Below are positions 11,462 through 22,547 of a stretch of DNA of 64,000 nt, one piece after another. The notes below the pieces were generated by a model, which was not told the DNA's origin, made no database searches, and worked only from the letters and a program-made list of their open reading frames with translations. The stretch is from contig CAWBCJ010000018.1 in NCBI GenBank assembly GCA_963787255.1, forward strand, positions 133,025-197,024, read 5' to 3'. Origin of the DNA: Methanobacteriota archaeon (GTDB taxonomy: Archaea; Methanobacteriota; Methanobacteria; Methanobacteriales; Methanobacteriaceae). How positions within the stretch are numbered: position 1 is the first letter of the stretch; the number at the start of each line of letters is the position of its first letter. Position numbers and translations under genes: made by a program.

Positions 11462-11764
11462 TTATTCTACTGGAACATTTTTACCTTCTTTAGTTTCTAT
11501 AATAGGTACTTTAACTGTTAAAAGGCCATTTTCAAAGGATGCATTACTTTCATCAGCATTAAATTCATGGGCAAGCACCCAACATCCCGTATATTCCATA
11601 TTTTTCCGCGGAGCACGAACACAGAAGGTATTTTCGGTTATTTTAACGTCAATATCATCCTTATTTACTCCTGGAAGTTCAATTTCTAATATATATTCAT
11701 CTTCAGTATGGTAAATGAATGCTGCAGGAGATACAGGTATCTTTTGATTTTCTTCTTCGGCCAT
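11462..11764 (-). CDS. Small heat-shock protein (Hsp20/alpha-crystallin)
   Basis: ELPGVNKDDIDV and ASFENGLLTVKVP motifs. Confidence 0.92.
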   Translation of the reverse strand: MAEEENQKIPVSPAAFIYHTEDEYILEIELPGVNKDDIDVKITENTFCVRAPRKNMEYTGCWVLAHEFNADESNASFENGLLTVKVPIIETKEGKNVPVE

Positions 11765-11949
11765 AAAAAATCACCATATAATACTTTTATTAAAATAAGT
11801 ATTTAAACATTTTTATAATCTTATTACTAGCTTAAATCATAAAATAATACTATTTATTGAATATTTTGATATCTAAGGTTATAATATAAACTTAAAAATT
11901 AGAAAAAATCCCTATTATTAATTTAAAATAAGAAAAATATAAAAATTAA

Positions 11950-12408
11950 TCACAAAGAGTAATATTCTCCATCTTTCATCTGAATCTTCTTAATTAAACC
12001 CTTATTTTCAAGCTCTACAATCAAATGGTACATCGCAATGTTACCCAGTTTCAAATCACCATAAAGCAGATTTCCCTCCAAAGCATATCTCGAAATAAGA
12101 CCATCATTTGAAATATTTTTAATTATTTCAAATGCTTTTTTTTCAGTTTGGTTTAAATCTTCTTTTACGACCTCTGCCCTGGAGTCAACGACATTTATTT
12201 TAGAATCGACGGTTTTAGTCAATATGTAATCGTCAGACAAAGAAATAAGCCTTTTAATTTCCAAATTACCAAGAATATCCCTTAATTTAGTTTCTGATAG
12301 ATCTAAATCCATTTTTAGAATATTATAAGGAACACCATCCCTATATTCTGATTGAAAATATTTAATTTGATTGAAAATGAAATTCTCTTTTTTAGTAATG
12401 GTGATCAT
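11950..12408 (-). CDS. Conserved hypothetical protein, probable tandem winged-helix
   Basis: Two wHTH-like segments (LGNLEIKRLI; ELENKGLIKK); divergent from nurA. Confidence 0.55.
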   Translation of the reverse strand: MITITKKENFIFNQIKYFQSEYRDGVPYNILKMDLDLSETKLRDILGNLEIKRLISLSDDYILTKTVDSKINVVDSRAEVVKEDLNQTEKKAFEIIKNISNDGLISRYALEGNLLYGDLKLGNIAMYHLIVELENKGLIKKIQMKDGEYYSL

Positions 12409-12637
12409 AAAGATAAGATTGGATTTAATTGAACTTATTTTTAACTGATTCAGATTTAGAATATTAAAATAAAAAACAGTTTTTAGTATTATATTTTAAT
12501 AATGAATATTTTATCCTTAAATACTAATTAAATGAGTTGAAGGAACTAAAATCGGCCATTTGGATAGATAAGGTTTTATATAAGTAATAACATTATTATA
12601 TGGTGAATATCATTTTCTACAGGTTATGGTGAACTAA

Positions 12638-13702
12638 TTGCTTGATTCTCTATATGAAAAAGCACTGGAAAAAAAGGATGAATTAAATTATAAATTAAAA
12701 AAAGATTTGGATAACATTAATATTAATCCTTACGAATTTTGGATAAATGAAACAATAAAAGAAGATGAATTAGACATTACAATATCTGGCGGAGATGGAA
12801 GCCGTTATTCAAAGGAATTTATGAGTTTTGCATTATATGCTGTTGGTGCAGAATGCTTAATATATAACACTAATGGCCTTGAAAGCGTTGAATGTTGCGA
12901 TATTGACATTCTACGCCCATATAGTTACGTTAAAAACCGACTAGATAATTATATGAGAATATTAGAAGTTAAAACTAATCTTAAAGCACTAAAACTTTTC
13001 GATATTGATCTTATTTTATTTGATGGTTCTATTTTAGGCGATATTATTAGACCCTCGCCTCTAGAAAACATGCTTCCAGACAGTACAAGAGAAGAAATAA
13101 AATCTAAATATTTAAACAAACTAGAAAGTTCGTTAGAAAGTGAAGAAACACAAATAATATCACCTAAACTATTTAATTTAATTGAAACCGATTTTAAAAA
13201 ACGTAAGATAGAAGCAATGATTTATCTTGAAAGTCTGGAAAATCTCGTATCACTTAAGACCTTCCTAGAAAAAACCAGTAATATTGTTGCTATTTCCAAG
13301 ACATCGGCAAGATCAGACTATTTTGACTCATATATTCCAGATATTGCAATATTTGATAGTTTTAATAAAAAACAAGGCTATTCTAAACCAAAATATTTTA
13401 AAATATCTGAAATTGGAAACAGAAAATTTCCAGTATACAATGAATTCTTTAAAGAGCTTACTTTCACAATTTTTTATGCAAGATTGGATAATTTTAAGAA
13501 TGTTATTAAAGTTGAATTACCCTATGAAGCCAATGAAAGTGAAATAAGAAGAATACTAAGTAAAATAAAGTGTGTATGTGCCGATGGTTACCCTCACCTA
13601 CTGAAAAAGGCCCATCACGATGTTGTAGTTAAAAAAACTGATCTTGAAAGGATCATAAAAATAATGGGATTCATAGAAAAAACTGGGAGAGAAATACTAT
13701 GA
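12638..13702 (+). CDS. nurA: NurA 5'-3' nuclease
   Basis: GGDGS, LFDGS, GYPHLLKKAH motifs; first gene of the nurA-herA-mre11-rad50 operon. Confidence 0.92.
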   Translation: MLDSLYEKALEKKDELNYKLKKDLDNININPYEFWINETIKEDELDITISGGDGSRYSKEFMSFALYAVGAECLIYNTNGLESVECCDIDILRPYSYVKNRLDNYMRILEVKTNLKALKLFDIDLILFDGSILGDIIRPSPLENMLPDSTREEIKSKYLNKLESSLESEETQIISPKLFNLIETDFKKRKIEAMIYLESLENLVSLKTFLEKTSNIVAISKTSARSDYFDSYIPDIAIFDSFNKKQGYSKPKYFKISEIGNRKFPVYNEFFKELTFTIFYARLDNFKNVIKVELPYEANESEIRRILSKIKCVCADGYPHLLKKAHHDVVVKKTDLERIIKIMGFIEKTGREIL

Positions 13703-15210
13703 CCAGAACAATTGGAAGATGTATTGGGGAAACTTCTCCAGTCGAAGTAAGTTTTATCTCAAAGAAAATGCCGAGAATTGGAGAATACGTATCAATGGAA
13801 TACGATGGCAAAAAAGTGCTAGGAATGATCGAATCATTAGTAAGAGGCAGTGTTTCTATTAACGATGATATCTATGATCCTAAAACTGTGGAGCGAATTA
13901 AAGAAATAGAAGGGGATGACCATTATATTAGAGGAAATGTCCGTATTTTAGGGGATATAGAAAAACTGAGAATTCCAAGAACTCCTCCCATGCCTGGAAC
14001 TGAAATAAAAATTGCGGATTCCAATATTCTTAAAAAGATCTTTGAAATAGAAGGCAATGGTCTAAAATTAGGCAATTTAATCAGTCAAGAAGAAGTTGAA
14101 GTTGAAGTTGATATAAATAAAATGATAACACGTCATCTAGCAATTTTGGCCATGACTGGTGCCGGAAAGTCCAATACAGTAGCAGTAATCATTAACGGAA
14201 TATTAAAAGTAAACGGCTGCGTTATAATATTTGATATGCACTCTGAATATGTAAATGCAGAATTTGAATATGGTGGAGTTAACCCTATTAAAGCTAGAAT
14301 CAATCCATTGTACCTTTCATTTTCTGAAATTAAAAAATTGGCTAATATTCCTGAAAAAGCTTACATTCAGGAAAGATACTTTAGAATGGCGCATAAAAAA
14401 GCTAAAAATGCAATTGAAAATGGTACAAGTCTGGATTATTTCACAATTATAAACGGAATACTTGAAAAATGGATAGAAATCGATGATCCTCAATTTAACG
14501 ATAAAAAATCAATTACTGCTGTTTTAAATAAAATGGATGATTTGAAAAATAAATACAGCAGCATTTTAGACTTAAATTCACCGGATATATTGGATAAAGT
14601 AAAATTAGATTCTGCAAACGTTATTGATATGGGGTCTGTTGATGAAAAGGCTGCAGAAATAATTGTAAGTCATGTGTTAAGAAATGCTTTAAATAAAAGA
14701 AAAAACCATATTCGGAAAGAAGAAAAAGACATTCTTAGTCATCCTGTTTTTTTTGTACTTGAAGAGGCACATATTTTAGCCCCTAAAAGTCGCCCAACAC
14801 GTTCAAAATACTGGATAAGTAGAATTGCAAGAGAAGGAAGAAAATTTGGGGTTGGTTTATGTCTTGTAAGTCAAAGTCCTAAATCATTAGATCCTGATTC
14901 ACTTTCTCAAGCGAATAACATGATTATTTTAAGATTAGTCGAGCCTCAAGACCAGAGACATGTTCAAACTGCCAGTGAAAGCTTAAGCGATGATCTTGTT
15001 AAACAGTTACCATCATTAAATATAGGAGAAGCCATAGTATTAGGTCTAATGAGTAAAATTCCTACGCTTGTAAAAATTGACGAATTTGCAGGTAAATTGT
15101 CTGGGGGAGATTTAGACATAGTTGCTGAATGGAATAAAGCTATAGAAGGAGAAAAACGAATTCTTCAAGAGCAGGAAGACGAATTGGATGAATTGGAGGA
15201 AGAGTACTGA
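13699..15210 (+). CDS. herA: HerA bipolar DNA helicase/translocase
   Basis: HAS barrel; RHLAILAMTGAGKSN Walker A; EEAH Walker B; REGRKFG; SQSP. Confidence 0.95.
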   Translation: MTRTIGRCIGETSPVEVSFISKKMPRIGEYVSMEYDGKKVLGMIESLVRGSVSINDDIYDPKTVERIKEIEGDDHYIRGNVRILGDIEKLRIPRTPPMPGTEIKIADSNILKKIFEIEGNGLKLGNLISQEEVEVEVDINKMITRHLAILAMTGAGKSNTVAVIINGILKVNGCVIIFDMHSEYVNAEFEYGGVNPIKARINPLYLSFSEIKKLANIPEKAYIQERYFRMAHKKAKNAIENGTSLDYFTIINGILEKWIEIDDPQFNDKKSITAVLNKMDDLKNKYSSILDLNSPDILDKVKLDSANVIDMGSVDEKAAEIIVSHVLRNALNKRKNHIRKEEKDILSHPVFFVLEEAHILAPKSRPTRSKYWISRIAREGRKFGVGLCLVSQSPKSLDPDSLSQANNMIILRLVEPQDQRHVQTASESLSDDLVKQLPSLNIGEAIVLGLMSKIPTLVKIDEFAGKLSGGDLDIVAEWNKAIEGEKRILQEQEDELDELEEEY

Positions 15211-16337
15211 TGAGATTTGCGCATATCGCAGATACACATTTAGGTTATAGGCAATACGGCCTTTTTGAAAGGGAAATGGACTTTTATAATCATTATAATC
15301 TGCTTATTGATAAAATCATTGAAGAAAGGCCTGATTTTGTTATTCATTCTGGTGATCTTTTTGAAAATTCAAGACCTCCAACAAAAGCGCTTCTAACTGC
15401 CCAGGATAACTTTTTAAAATTTAAGGAAGAAAATATTCCTGTTTATGCGATTGCAGGTAACCATGATATTGTAATGAGGAAAAATGCGCTTCCTCCACAA
15501 GTTTTATACAAAAAGTTTGGTTTGAAGTTAATTGGACCTAATAATCCGTATTATGATCATGAGGGTATTTTTATTGGGGGATCGCCTTATAGATCCAAAT
15601 ATCATTCTAAATCTCTTTTAAAAAGTATTGAATCTCTTGAAAATGAATCTCGAGGGTATAAAAAGAAGATAATTGTATTGCATCAATCTATTGACAAATA
15701 TTTACCCTTTGAATTTGAATTAAAGATAGGAGATCTACCTACTAGTTTTAATTATTATGCTTTTGGCCATCTGCATGCTAGAATATTGGAAGATTTTGGA
15801 GAAGGAAGACTTGCATATCCGGGATGTCCTGAAATATGGAGAATGGATGAGCTTGGAAACTACAAGAAAAGAGGAAAAGGATTTAACCTTGTTGATATGG
15901 AAGAAGATATTCCTGCAGTTGAAGAGATTAATGTGAAAATATCACGTAAGATTCTTCAAAGGAGAGTTAAATATTCCAATTTTGATGATGAAATCAAAGA
16001 ATTGAGAGATTTAATCATTAAAATAGATAAAAAGCCTATTGTGGAGTTAATAATTGAAGGTAAGTCATATAATCGTTCTTTAGTGCATGAAAATCTTAAT
16101 AAGTTCTTTATGGATATCACTTTACAAATTCGTCCAAAATATGAATCTGGAGCAGTTCTAGAAAATGGAATTATTGAAACTGAAACATTGAATATTCATG
16201 ATTTAATGATTGAAAGGTTAAATGAATACGATGAAGAAATCGCTGATTTTTCATTGGCTTTATTTGAAAGACTTTCAGCTGGTAATAATGAAGATGCAGC
16301 GATGATAACAAAGAAATTTTATGAGGAATTCCAGTGA
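15210..16337 (+). CDS. mre11: Mre11 nuclease
   Basis: DTHLG, GDLF, GNHD, GHLH phosphoesterase motifs. Confidence 0.95.
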   Translation: MRFAHIADTHLGYRQYGLFEREMDFYNHYNLLIDKIIEERPDFVIHSGDLFENSRPPTKALLTAQDNFLKFKEENIPVYAIAGNHDIVMRKNALPPQVLYKKFGLKLIGPNNPYYDHEGIFIGGSPYRSKYHSKSLLKSIESLENESRGYKKKIIVLHQSIDKYLPFEFELKIGDLPTSFNYYAFGHLHARILEDFGEGRLAYPGCPEIWRMDELGNYKKRGKGFNLVDMEEDIPAVEEINVKISRKILQRRVKYSNFDDEIKELRDLIIKIDKKPIVELIIEGKSYNRSLVHENLNKFFMDITLQIRPKYESGAVLENGIIETETLNIHDLMIERLNEYDEEIADFSLALFERLSAGNNEDAAMITKKFYEEFQ

Positions 16338-19032
16338 TTATTAAAACAATTGAGCTTGAAAATTTTAAATCTCATTTGAATACTCAAGTTGATTTTGATA
16401 CGGGAATTTCAATAATTATGGGGGATAATGGGGCAGGAAAATCCAGTATTCTTGAATCAATTAGTTTTGCACTTTTTAAGGAATATGCCAGCAAAAAAAT
16501 GGATAAGCTCATAAACAATGATAAAAATAAAATGCAGGTTACTGTAGAGTTTGTTGCTAACGGTAGAACATATAAAGTTGTTCGAAAAAGAAAAAGAAAT
16601 TCAAGTCCAGAATCAATGCTTTATATTGGCGATGAGGGTAGATTTTCATTAATAGAGAAGGGTGATGCGGCGGTAAGTGAAGAAATAGAGAAAATTATTG
16701 AATCTAGATAAAAATCTATTTTTAAATGCTGTATATGTTAGACAGGGAGAAATAGCAAATTTAATTACTAAAAATCCTTCAGAGAAAAAGGAAATGATGG
16801 GTAGGCTTCTAGGTGTTGATGAGCTTGAAAGTTCATGGAAAAACATGAAATTTGTAATTGATGATTATAGGAAGCAGGAAATTCGTATTAACGGGAAATT
16901 AGAGAATTTTAGCAATGCTGAAGAGGATTTAAAGAATAAAGAGAAGAAAAAAGATGAATTGGACCTTTTATTTAAAGAAAGGGAATTAGAATTAAAGAGA
17001 ACAGAAGAAAAGGTCCTTAAGTTAAAAAGAGTTAAAGAATTCTTTGACCAGAAAGAAATTGATTTTAATAAAATATCTCAAAAAATTGAACATGACAAAT
17101 TAATGCTTAATAGACTTAACAGCACTATGGATGAGCTGTCTAATCAGATTAATGAAATAAATCTTAAAGAATCCAGAATAGAAGAGATAAAGCCTGAAAT
17201 AAGTAAAATAGTAATCTTAGAAGATCTGAAGGATAAAATATTGAATTTAAGAGAATTGGAAAGGGAAGAAATACATATAGATAAGTCTCTTAAAAAAATT
17301 GAATTTTTTAAAAATATTATATCTGGAACTAAGGAGTTTCATGATAAATTTGTCACTTTAGAAGCTCAAATTATTGAATTTACCAATTCCAGGAAAGAAT
17401 TTGAGGGTAGCGACACATTGAAGAATAATTTTGAAAGTAATATTAAAAATCTTTCAATGGAACTGGAAGGATTAGAAAAATCAATTTCTATTAAACTTAA
17501 AGAATATGGAGAAATTCTTGGGGAAGAAGCAGGTTCTATAACTGAACTTGAATCCAATCTTGTAACAAAAAGGCAGGAAATCAAGGAAAACATTAAACAA
17601 AATCAGGAACATGTGAATGAATTTAATTCAAAAATTTCTGACCTTAAAGGTCAAAATAAGGAAATATTAAAAGCAGTTGAAGAATTGAAAAATGCTGAAG
17701 ATACATGTCCTGTATGTGAATCTGATCTAGAAGAAAGTAGAAGGGAAGAATTGTTAGAAAAATACAAAGCGCAAATAGAGAAAAATAATAATGAAATTAT
17801 TTCTTCTAAGAATAATTTGAGGATATGGAATTCTGAAAGGGAATTTTTAGAGGAAAAGAGCCTTAATATTGATAAAATAAATATTGATGTCCTTAAAAAA
17901 GATTCAATAGATACTGAAAAGAAAGGTAAGGAAATTAATGAACTTAAACTTCAATTAATAGAAATAGAAAAATCTCTTAAAAATTTAAGAGATATTGATT
18001 CAAAATTAGATGAAAAGAGAACATTAAAGGATGAATTAAGGGATTATCATCAAAAATATCTTGGGGCAAAAAATTCTTTAAAGGCAATGGAAAATCCTGA
18101 AGAACTTTTAAATTCTTTTAATGATATTAAAAAGGATATTGAACCTTTAAAATCTGGAATTATTAAGCTTTGCAATGAGATTAATGTTGAAGAAGAACAA
18201 GTGAGTGCTGAACTTGATAATCTCCGAATAGTGAAAGGTGATTTTGATAGACTTAATGGAGAAGTTAAGGTTAAAGAAGAAGTTTTAAAGAATTTAAGCA
18301 AGGTTAAAGATGAGATTGTGACTATTTCTAAAGAATTAGAAGCTGAAGAAGTAAAAATTAATGAAATTGGTTATGAAAGTGGAAAGCATGATATTGCAAG
18401 GGATGATTTAGAAATTTGTCAAAATGAGTTTGATAATTTGCAAAAGCAGGTTGGGAGCGTTAAAGGACAGCTTGATGGTATTGTTGAAAGGTTGGATGAA
18501 CTTAAAAAAGAAGTTGAGCTTCTAATTAATGATAAAAAAGAATTACTAAAAATTGGGCGGTTTATTGAATTATTAAATGAAATTAGGAGGGTATATGGTA
18601 AGGATGGTCTTCAAAAGGATACTGAGGAATAAATCAAGACCGTTAATTGAAAAGAATACTCTTGATTTCTTCAATAAATTTAATTTTGAATATTCTGATA
18701 TAAAACTTAATGAAGATTATGATGTTACGTTATTTGGGCCCTCTGGAGAAAATACTTTGGATATGATAAGTGGTGGGGAAATTATTGCGGCGGCAATTGC
18801 TTTAAGGTTGGGGATTGCTAAAACTTTGGTAAAAGGTAATTTGGAGCTTATGATATTAGATGAGCCAACTGTTCATCTTGACTCTTACCGCAGGCATGAG
18901 CTTATAGATGTAATTAAAAAGCTTTCAGTTATACCGCAAATGATAATTGTTACTCATGACTCTGGTTTAGAAGAGGCAGCAGATAATATTCTTAAAATAG
19001 AAAAGGAAAATGGTGTATCTAGTATAGTATAG
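16334..19032 (+). CDS. rad50: Rad50 ATPase (one gene split by indels near 16700 and 18620)
   Basis: Walker A GDNGAGKSS; long coiled coil with CPVC zinc hook; ISGGE signature and ILDEPT Walker B, across three adjacent ORFs. Confidence 0.93.
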
Positions 19033-19477
19033 ATACATTCTTTTTCATTTATTCTCTTTTTCATATGAAATTCAGTAAACAGATCTTTAAATTAAATAAA
19101 GTAAAATTACTTTTCAAAAATTAAAGAATTAAAAATTCAGAAGTTCTCCACCCGTGGGTGAACTAAAAATAGGCTTTTAACTTCACATCAACTAGGATCT
19201 GCACAATAGATACTCAATGAAATTCAGTGGTTTATCGATAATTTATTTTGTCTCATTTTTATCTTTCTCCATAAAAAGAAATAATATTACCAACATAATA
19301 TATCCTGTTATTCTAATGCAGCTAAAAAATTCTCATAATAGAGGATGAAAACATGGAAGCCTTAGATTATTAAGCGCACCTTAGAATTCTTCGGATGAAG
19401 TACTGTATATAACTCCTTGGCGAAGAAGCTATAAATAAAGCATTTTTTTGATACATTTGTTATATGAGGTTATATTG

Positions 19478-20398
19478 ATGTTATATGGAATTGTAGATAT
19501 TGGTTCAAACACAGTTAGATTAAATGTTTATCGTTGCAAAAATAAGGATGTAATAAGTGTTTTTTTTTCAAAAAAAGAAAATTTAGGTCTATTATTTTAT
19601 ATTAAGGAAAGGAATATTAACCAATGAAGGTATTAAAAAATTAGTAAGCGTTCTTAAAGAAATGAAAAGTGATTTGGACTATTTAGAAATAAAGAATTAC
19701 CACTTCTTTGCCACAGCTGGGCTCCGAAATATTGAAAACAGCGCCGAAGTTATTCAAATTATTAAAGATAAAGTCAACATTGGAATTGATGTATTATCTG
19801 GTGAGGAAGAGGGAAAACTAAGCTTTTGTGGGTCTATATCCACCATAAAAAGAGATAATGGGATTTTAATAGATGTTGGTGGGGGTAGTGTTGAAATTGT
19901 ACTCTTTAAGAACAGAAAAATACAAGAGGCCCACAGCATTCCTGCTGGTTCTTTAAAAATGTATAATGATTATGTATCTCTTATAATACCTGATGAAAAA
20001 GAGTCTAATTTAATTAAAGAAAGAATATACTCTGAATTAAATAAAATTGACTTCAATAATGAAGAAAAAATTCCTTTTATGTGTGGTATAGGTGGGAATC
20101 TTCGTGCTTAATCAAAAAATTATTATTTGATTTAAATTTTCAACAAAATAAGTGGGATTTAATAGATGTTAAATTATTAGAACGACTAAAAAGAATTGAA
20201 TTGAAGCATAATAATAAAGACACTTATAACAAAATATTACATGTTAAACCTTCCAGAATCCATACTTTGGTCCCTTCTTTGTTAACACTAGAAGCAATTA
20301 CTTCTTATTTTGGATGTAGCGAAATACAAATTAGTAAATTTAGTGTTAGAGAAGGCTATTTATATAAAAAAATATTAAACAGGTGCCAAAATGTCTAA
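19478..20398 (+). CDS. ppx: Ppx/GppA exopolyphosphatase (split by indels)
   Basis: ATG 19478 gives MLYGIVDIGSNTVRL; then ATAGLR, LSGEEE, DVGGGSVE and VREG in successive frames; overlaps the ppk1 start. Confidence 0.88.
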
Positions 20399-22517
20399 AG
20401 CGGATTATAGTTTTACCCAAAACCGCGAATTATCCTGGTTAAAATTTAATGATCGTGTTTTAGAAGAAGCAGAGGATACTTCTGTTCCTTTATTAGAACG
20501 TTTAAAATTCATATCTATTTTTACAAGTAATTTAGATGAATTTTATAGGGTTAGATGTGGAAGTTTATATGATTTATCTCTTATTGATGAAGATTATGTA
20601 GATAATAAAACTGGTTTAAATGCGCAAGATCAATTAGATGCTATATTTGATAGGACTAAATTCTTATATCAACGTAGAGATGATGTATTTAAATCTCTCA
20701 ATTTTAGTTTAAAAGAGGAAGGTATTTATGATTTAGATTTTGAAGAATTGACTAAAAATGAAAAAAAATTTATTAACAAATATTTCTTTAATTGTATTTT
20801 TCCAGTTTTATCTCCCCAAATTATTGATATTCACCATCCTTTTCCTCATTTATTAAACAAATCCCTAAATGTTATGTTAATAATAAAGGATAAAGGCGAA
20901 ATATTATATGGACTCATTCCAATCCCTTCCTCTTTACCCAGGGTAATTTATTTTCCAAATAATGAAATGAGGTTTATTCTATTAGAAAAAATAATATACG
21001 AATATGTTAATGAAATCTTTTCAAATTATAACGTAGAATTTAAAACTATAGTTTCTGTTACTAGAAATGCTGATATTACTTTATCTAATTCTCAAATTGA
21101 TGACGATGAAGATTATAGAGGGTATATAAAAAAAATTTTAAAGAAAAGAACTCGTTTAGCACCAATCAGATTAGAATTCTATAAATATTCTGACTTAATA
21201 TTAACAAAATTTTTATGTGATCAGTTAAATATCCAAAAAAGTCAAGTTCAAATCTCTAATACTCCTTTAGATATGAATTATGTATTTAAATTATATACAC
21301 ATATTGAAAAAATAAATGAATTAATTTTCCATAAATTATCATTTAATCCCTATTATCCTAAAATACCAAAAACTATAAAGGAAGGAAAGATTATTCCTCA
21401 GTTAAAAAAGAGGGATTTTTTATTATATTATCCATTTGATTCTATAGAACCTTTTTTAAGATTATTAAAAGAGGCAGCTAACGATAAAAATGTGATATCC
21501 GTTAAAATTACTATTTACAGATTAGCTAGGTCTTCATCTATAATAAAATATTTATTAGAAGCACGTGAAAATGGAAAAGAAGTAACTGTTTTAATTGAAC
21601 TTAGAGCTAGATTTGATGAAGAGAATAATATTCATTATGCTGGTTTATTAGAAGAAGCAGGTTGTAGGATTCTGTATGGTTTTGAAGAGTACAAGGTACA
21701 TTCAAAAGTTTGTTTGATTACCCGGAAAGAGAGAAATAAAATTCAATATATAACTCAATTAGGAACGGGTAATTATAATGAAAAAACCAGTAAATTATAC
21801 GCTGATTTTAGTTTTATTACAAGAAACCCTGCTATTGGAGAAGATGCAATGTTATTCTTTAAAAACATGGCAATTTCTAATTTAAATGGGGAGTATCTAA
21901 AGTTTTTAGTTGCACCTTTTGGATTAAAAACTAAATTAATCGAAAAAATCAATAAGGAAATTGACAATGCAAAGAATAATCGTCCAGCTAGTATTATCAT
22001 GAAAATGAACTCTTTAACAGATAGAGAATTAATTGACATGTTAAAAAAAGCATCTAATGCTGGTGTAAACATTAAATTAATAGTTAGAGGTATTTGTTGT
22101 TTAATTCCAGGATTACCAGGTAAGACTGAAAATATTGAAATCATTAGTATTGTAGGTAGGTTCTTAGAACATTCAAGGATTTATTGTTTTGGTACTGGAG
22201 AAGATGCTTCAATATATTTATCTAGCGGTGATTTAATGGCTAGAAATACTGAAAAAAGAGTTGAAGTTGCTTTCCCTATTGAAAACATGGTATTAAAGAA
22301 AAAAATTATGCATATGTTAGATATTATGCTTAAAGACAATGTTAAAGCAAGAAAAATTAATGATAAAGGAGACTATGAGAAAGTTATTAGAAGGGTTGAT
22401 TTAATTGATTCTCAAAACTATTTTATGCATGATGATTTCTCAGAAATTGAAGATGAAGAACAAAATGTAAAAGAATCATTTTTCTCTAAACTAAAACATT
22501 TATTTAAAAATAATTAA
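20391..22517 (+). CDS. ppk1: Polyphosphate kinase 1
   Basis: NRELSWLKFNDRVL, SNLDEF, ARFDEENNI, KVHSK, GTGNYN, RFLEHSR motifs. Confidence 0.97.
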   Translation: MSKADYSFTQNRELSWLKFNDRVLEEAEDTSVPLLERLKFISIFTSNLDEFYRVRCGSLYDLSLIDEDYVDNKTGLNAQDQLDAIFDRTKFLYQRRDDVFKSLNFSLKEEGIYDLDFEELTKNEKKFINKYFFNCIFPVLSPQIIDIHHPFPHLLNKSLNVMLIIKDKGEILYGLIPIPSSLPRVIYFPNNEMRFILLEKIIYEYVNEIFSNYNVEFKTIVSVTRNADITLSNSQIDDDEDYRGYIKKILKKRTRLAPIRLEFYKYSDLILTKFLCDQLNIQKSQVQISNTPLDMNYVFKLYTHIEKINELIFHKLSFNPYYPKIPKTIKEGKIIPQLKKRDFLLYYPFDSIEPFLRLLKEAANDKNVISVKITIYRLARSSSIIKYLLEARENGKEVTVLIELRARFDEENNIHYAGLLEEAGCRILYGFEEYKVHSKVCLITRKERNKIQYITQLGTGNYNEKTSKLYADFSFITRNPAIGEDAMLFFKNMAISNLNGEYLKFLVAPFGLKTKLIEKINKEIDNAKNNRPASIIMKMNSLTDRELIDMLKKASNAGVNIKLIVRGICCLIPGLPGKTENIEIISIVGRFLEHSRIYCFGTGEDASIYLSSGDLMARNTEKRVEVAFPIENMVLKKKIMHMLDIMLKDNVKARKINDKGDYEKVIRRVDLIDSQNYFMHDDFSEIEDEEQNVKESFFSKLKHLFKNN

Positions 22518-22547
22518 TGGAAGTTCTTGTATTACTACAAATTAAAA

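Noticed and set aside
16334-19032. Naturally split or programmed-frameshift rad50, or a pseudogene
   Set aside because: The same indel pattern affects many unrelated genes; sequencing error is more parsimonious.
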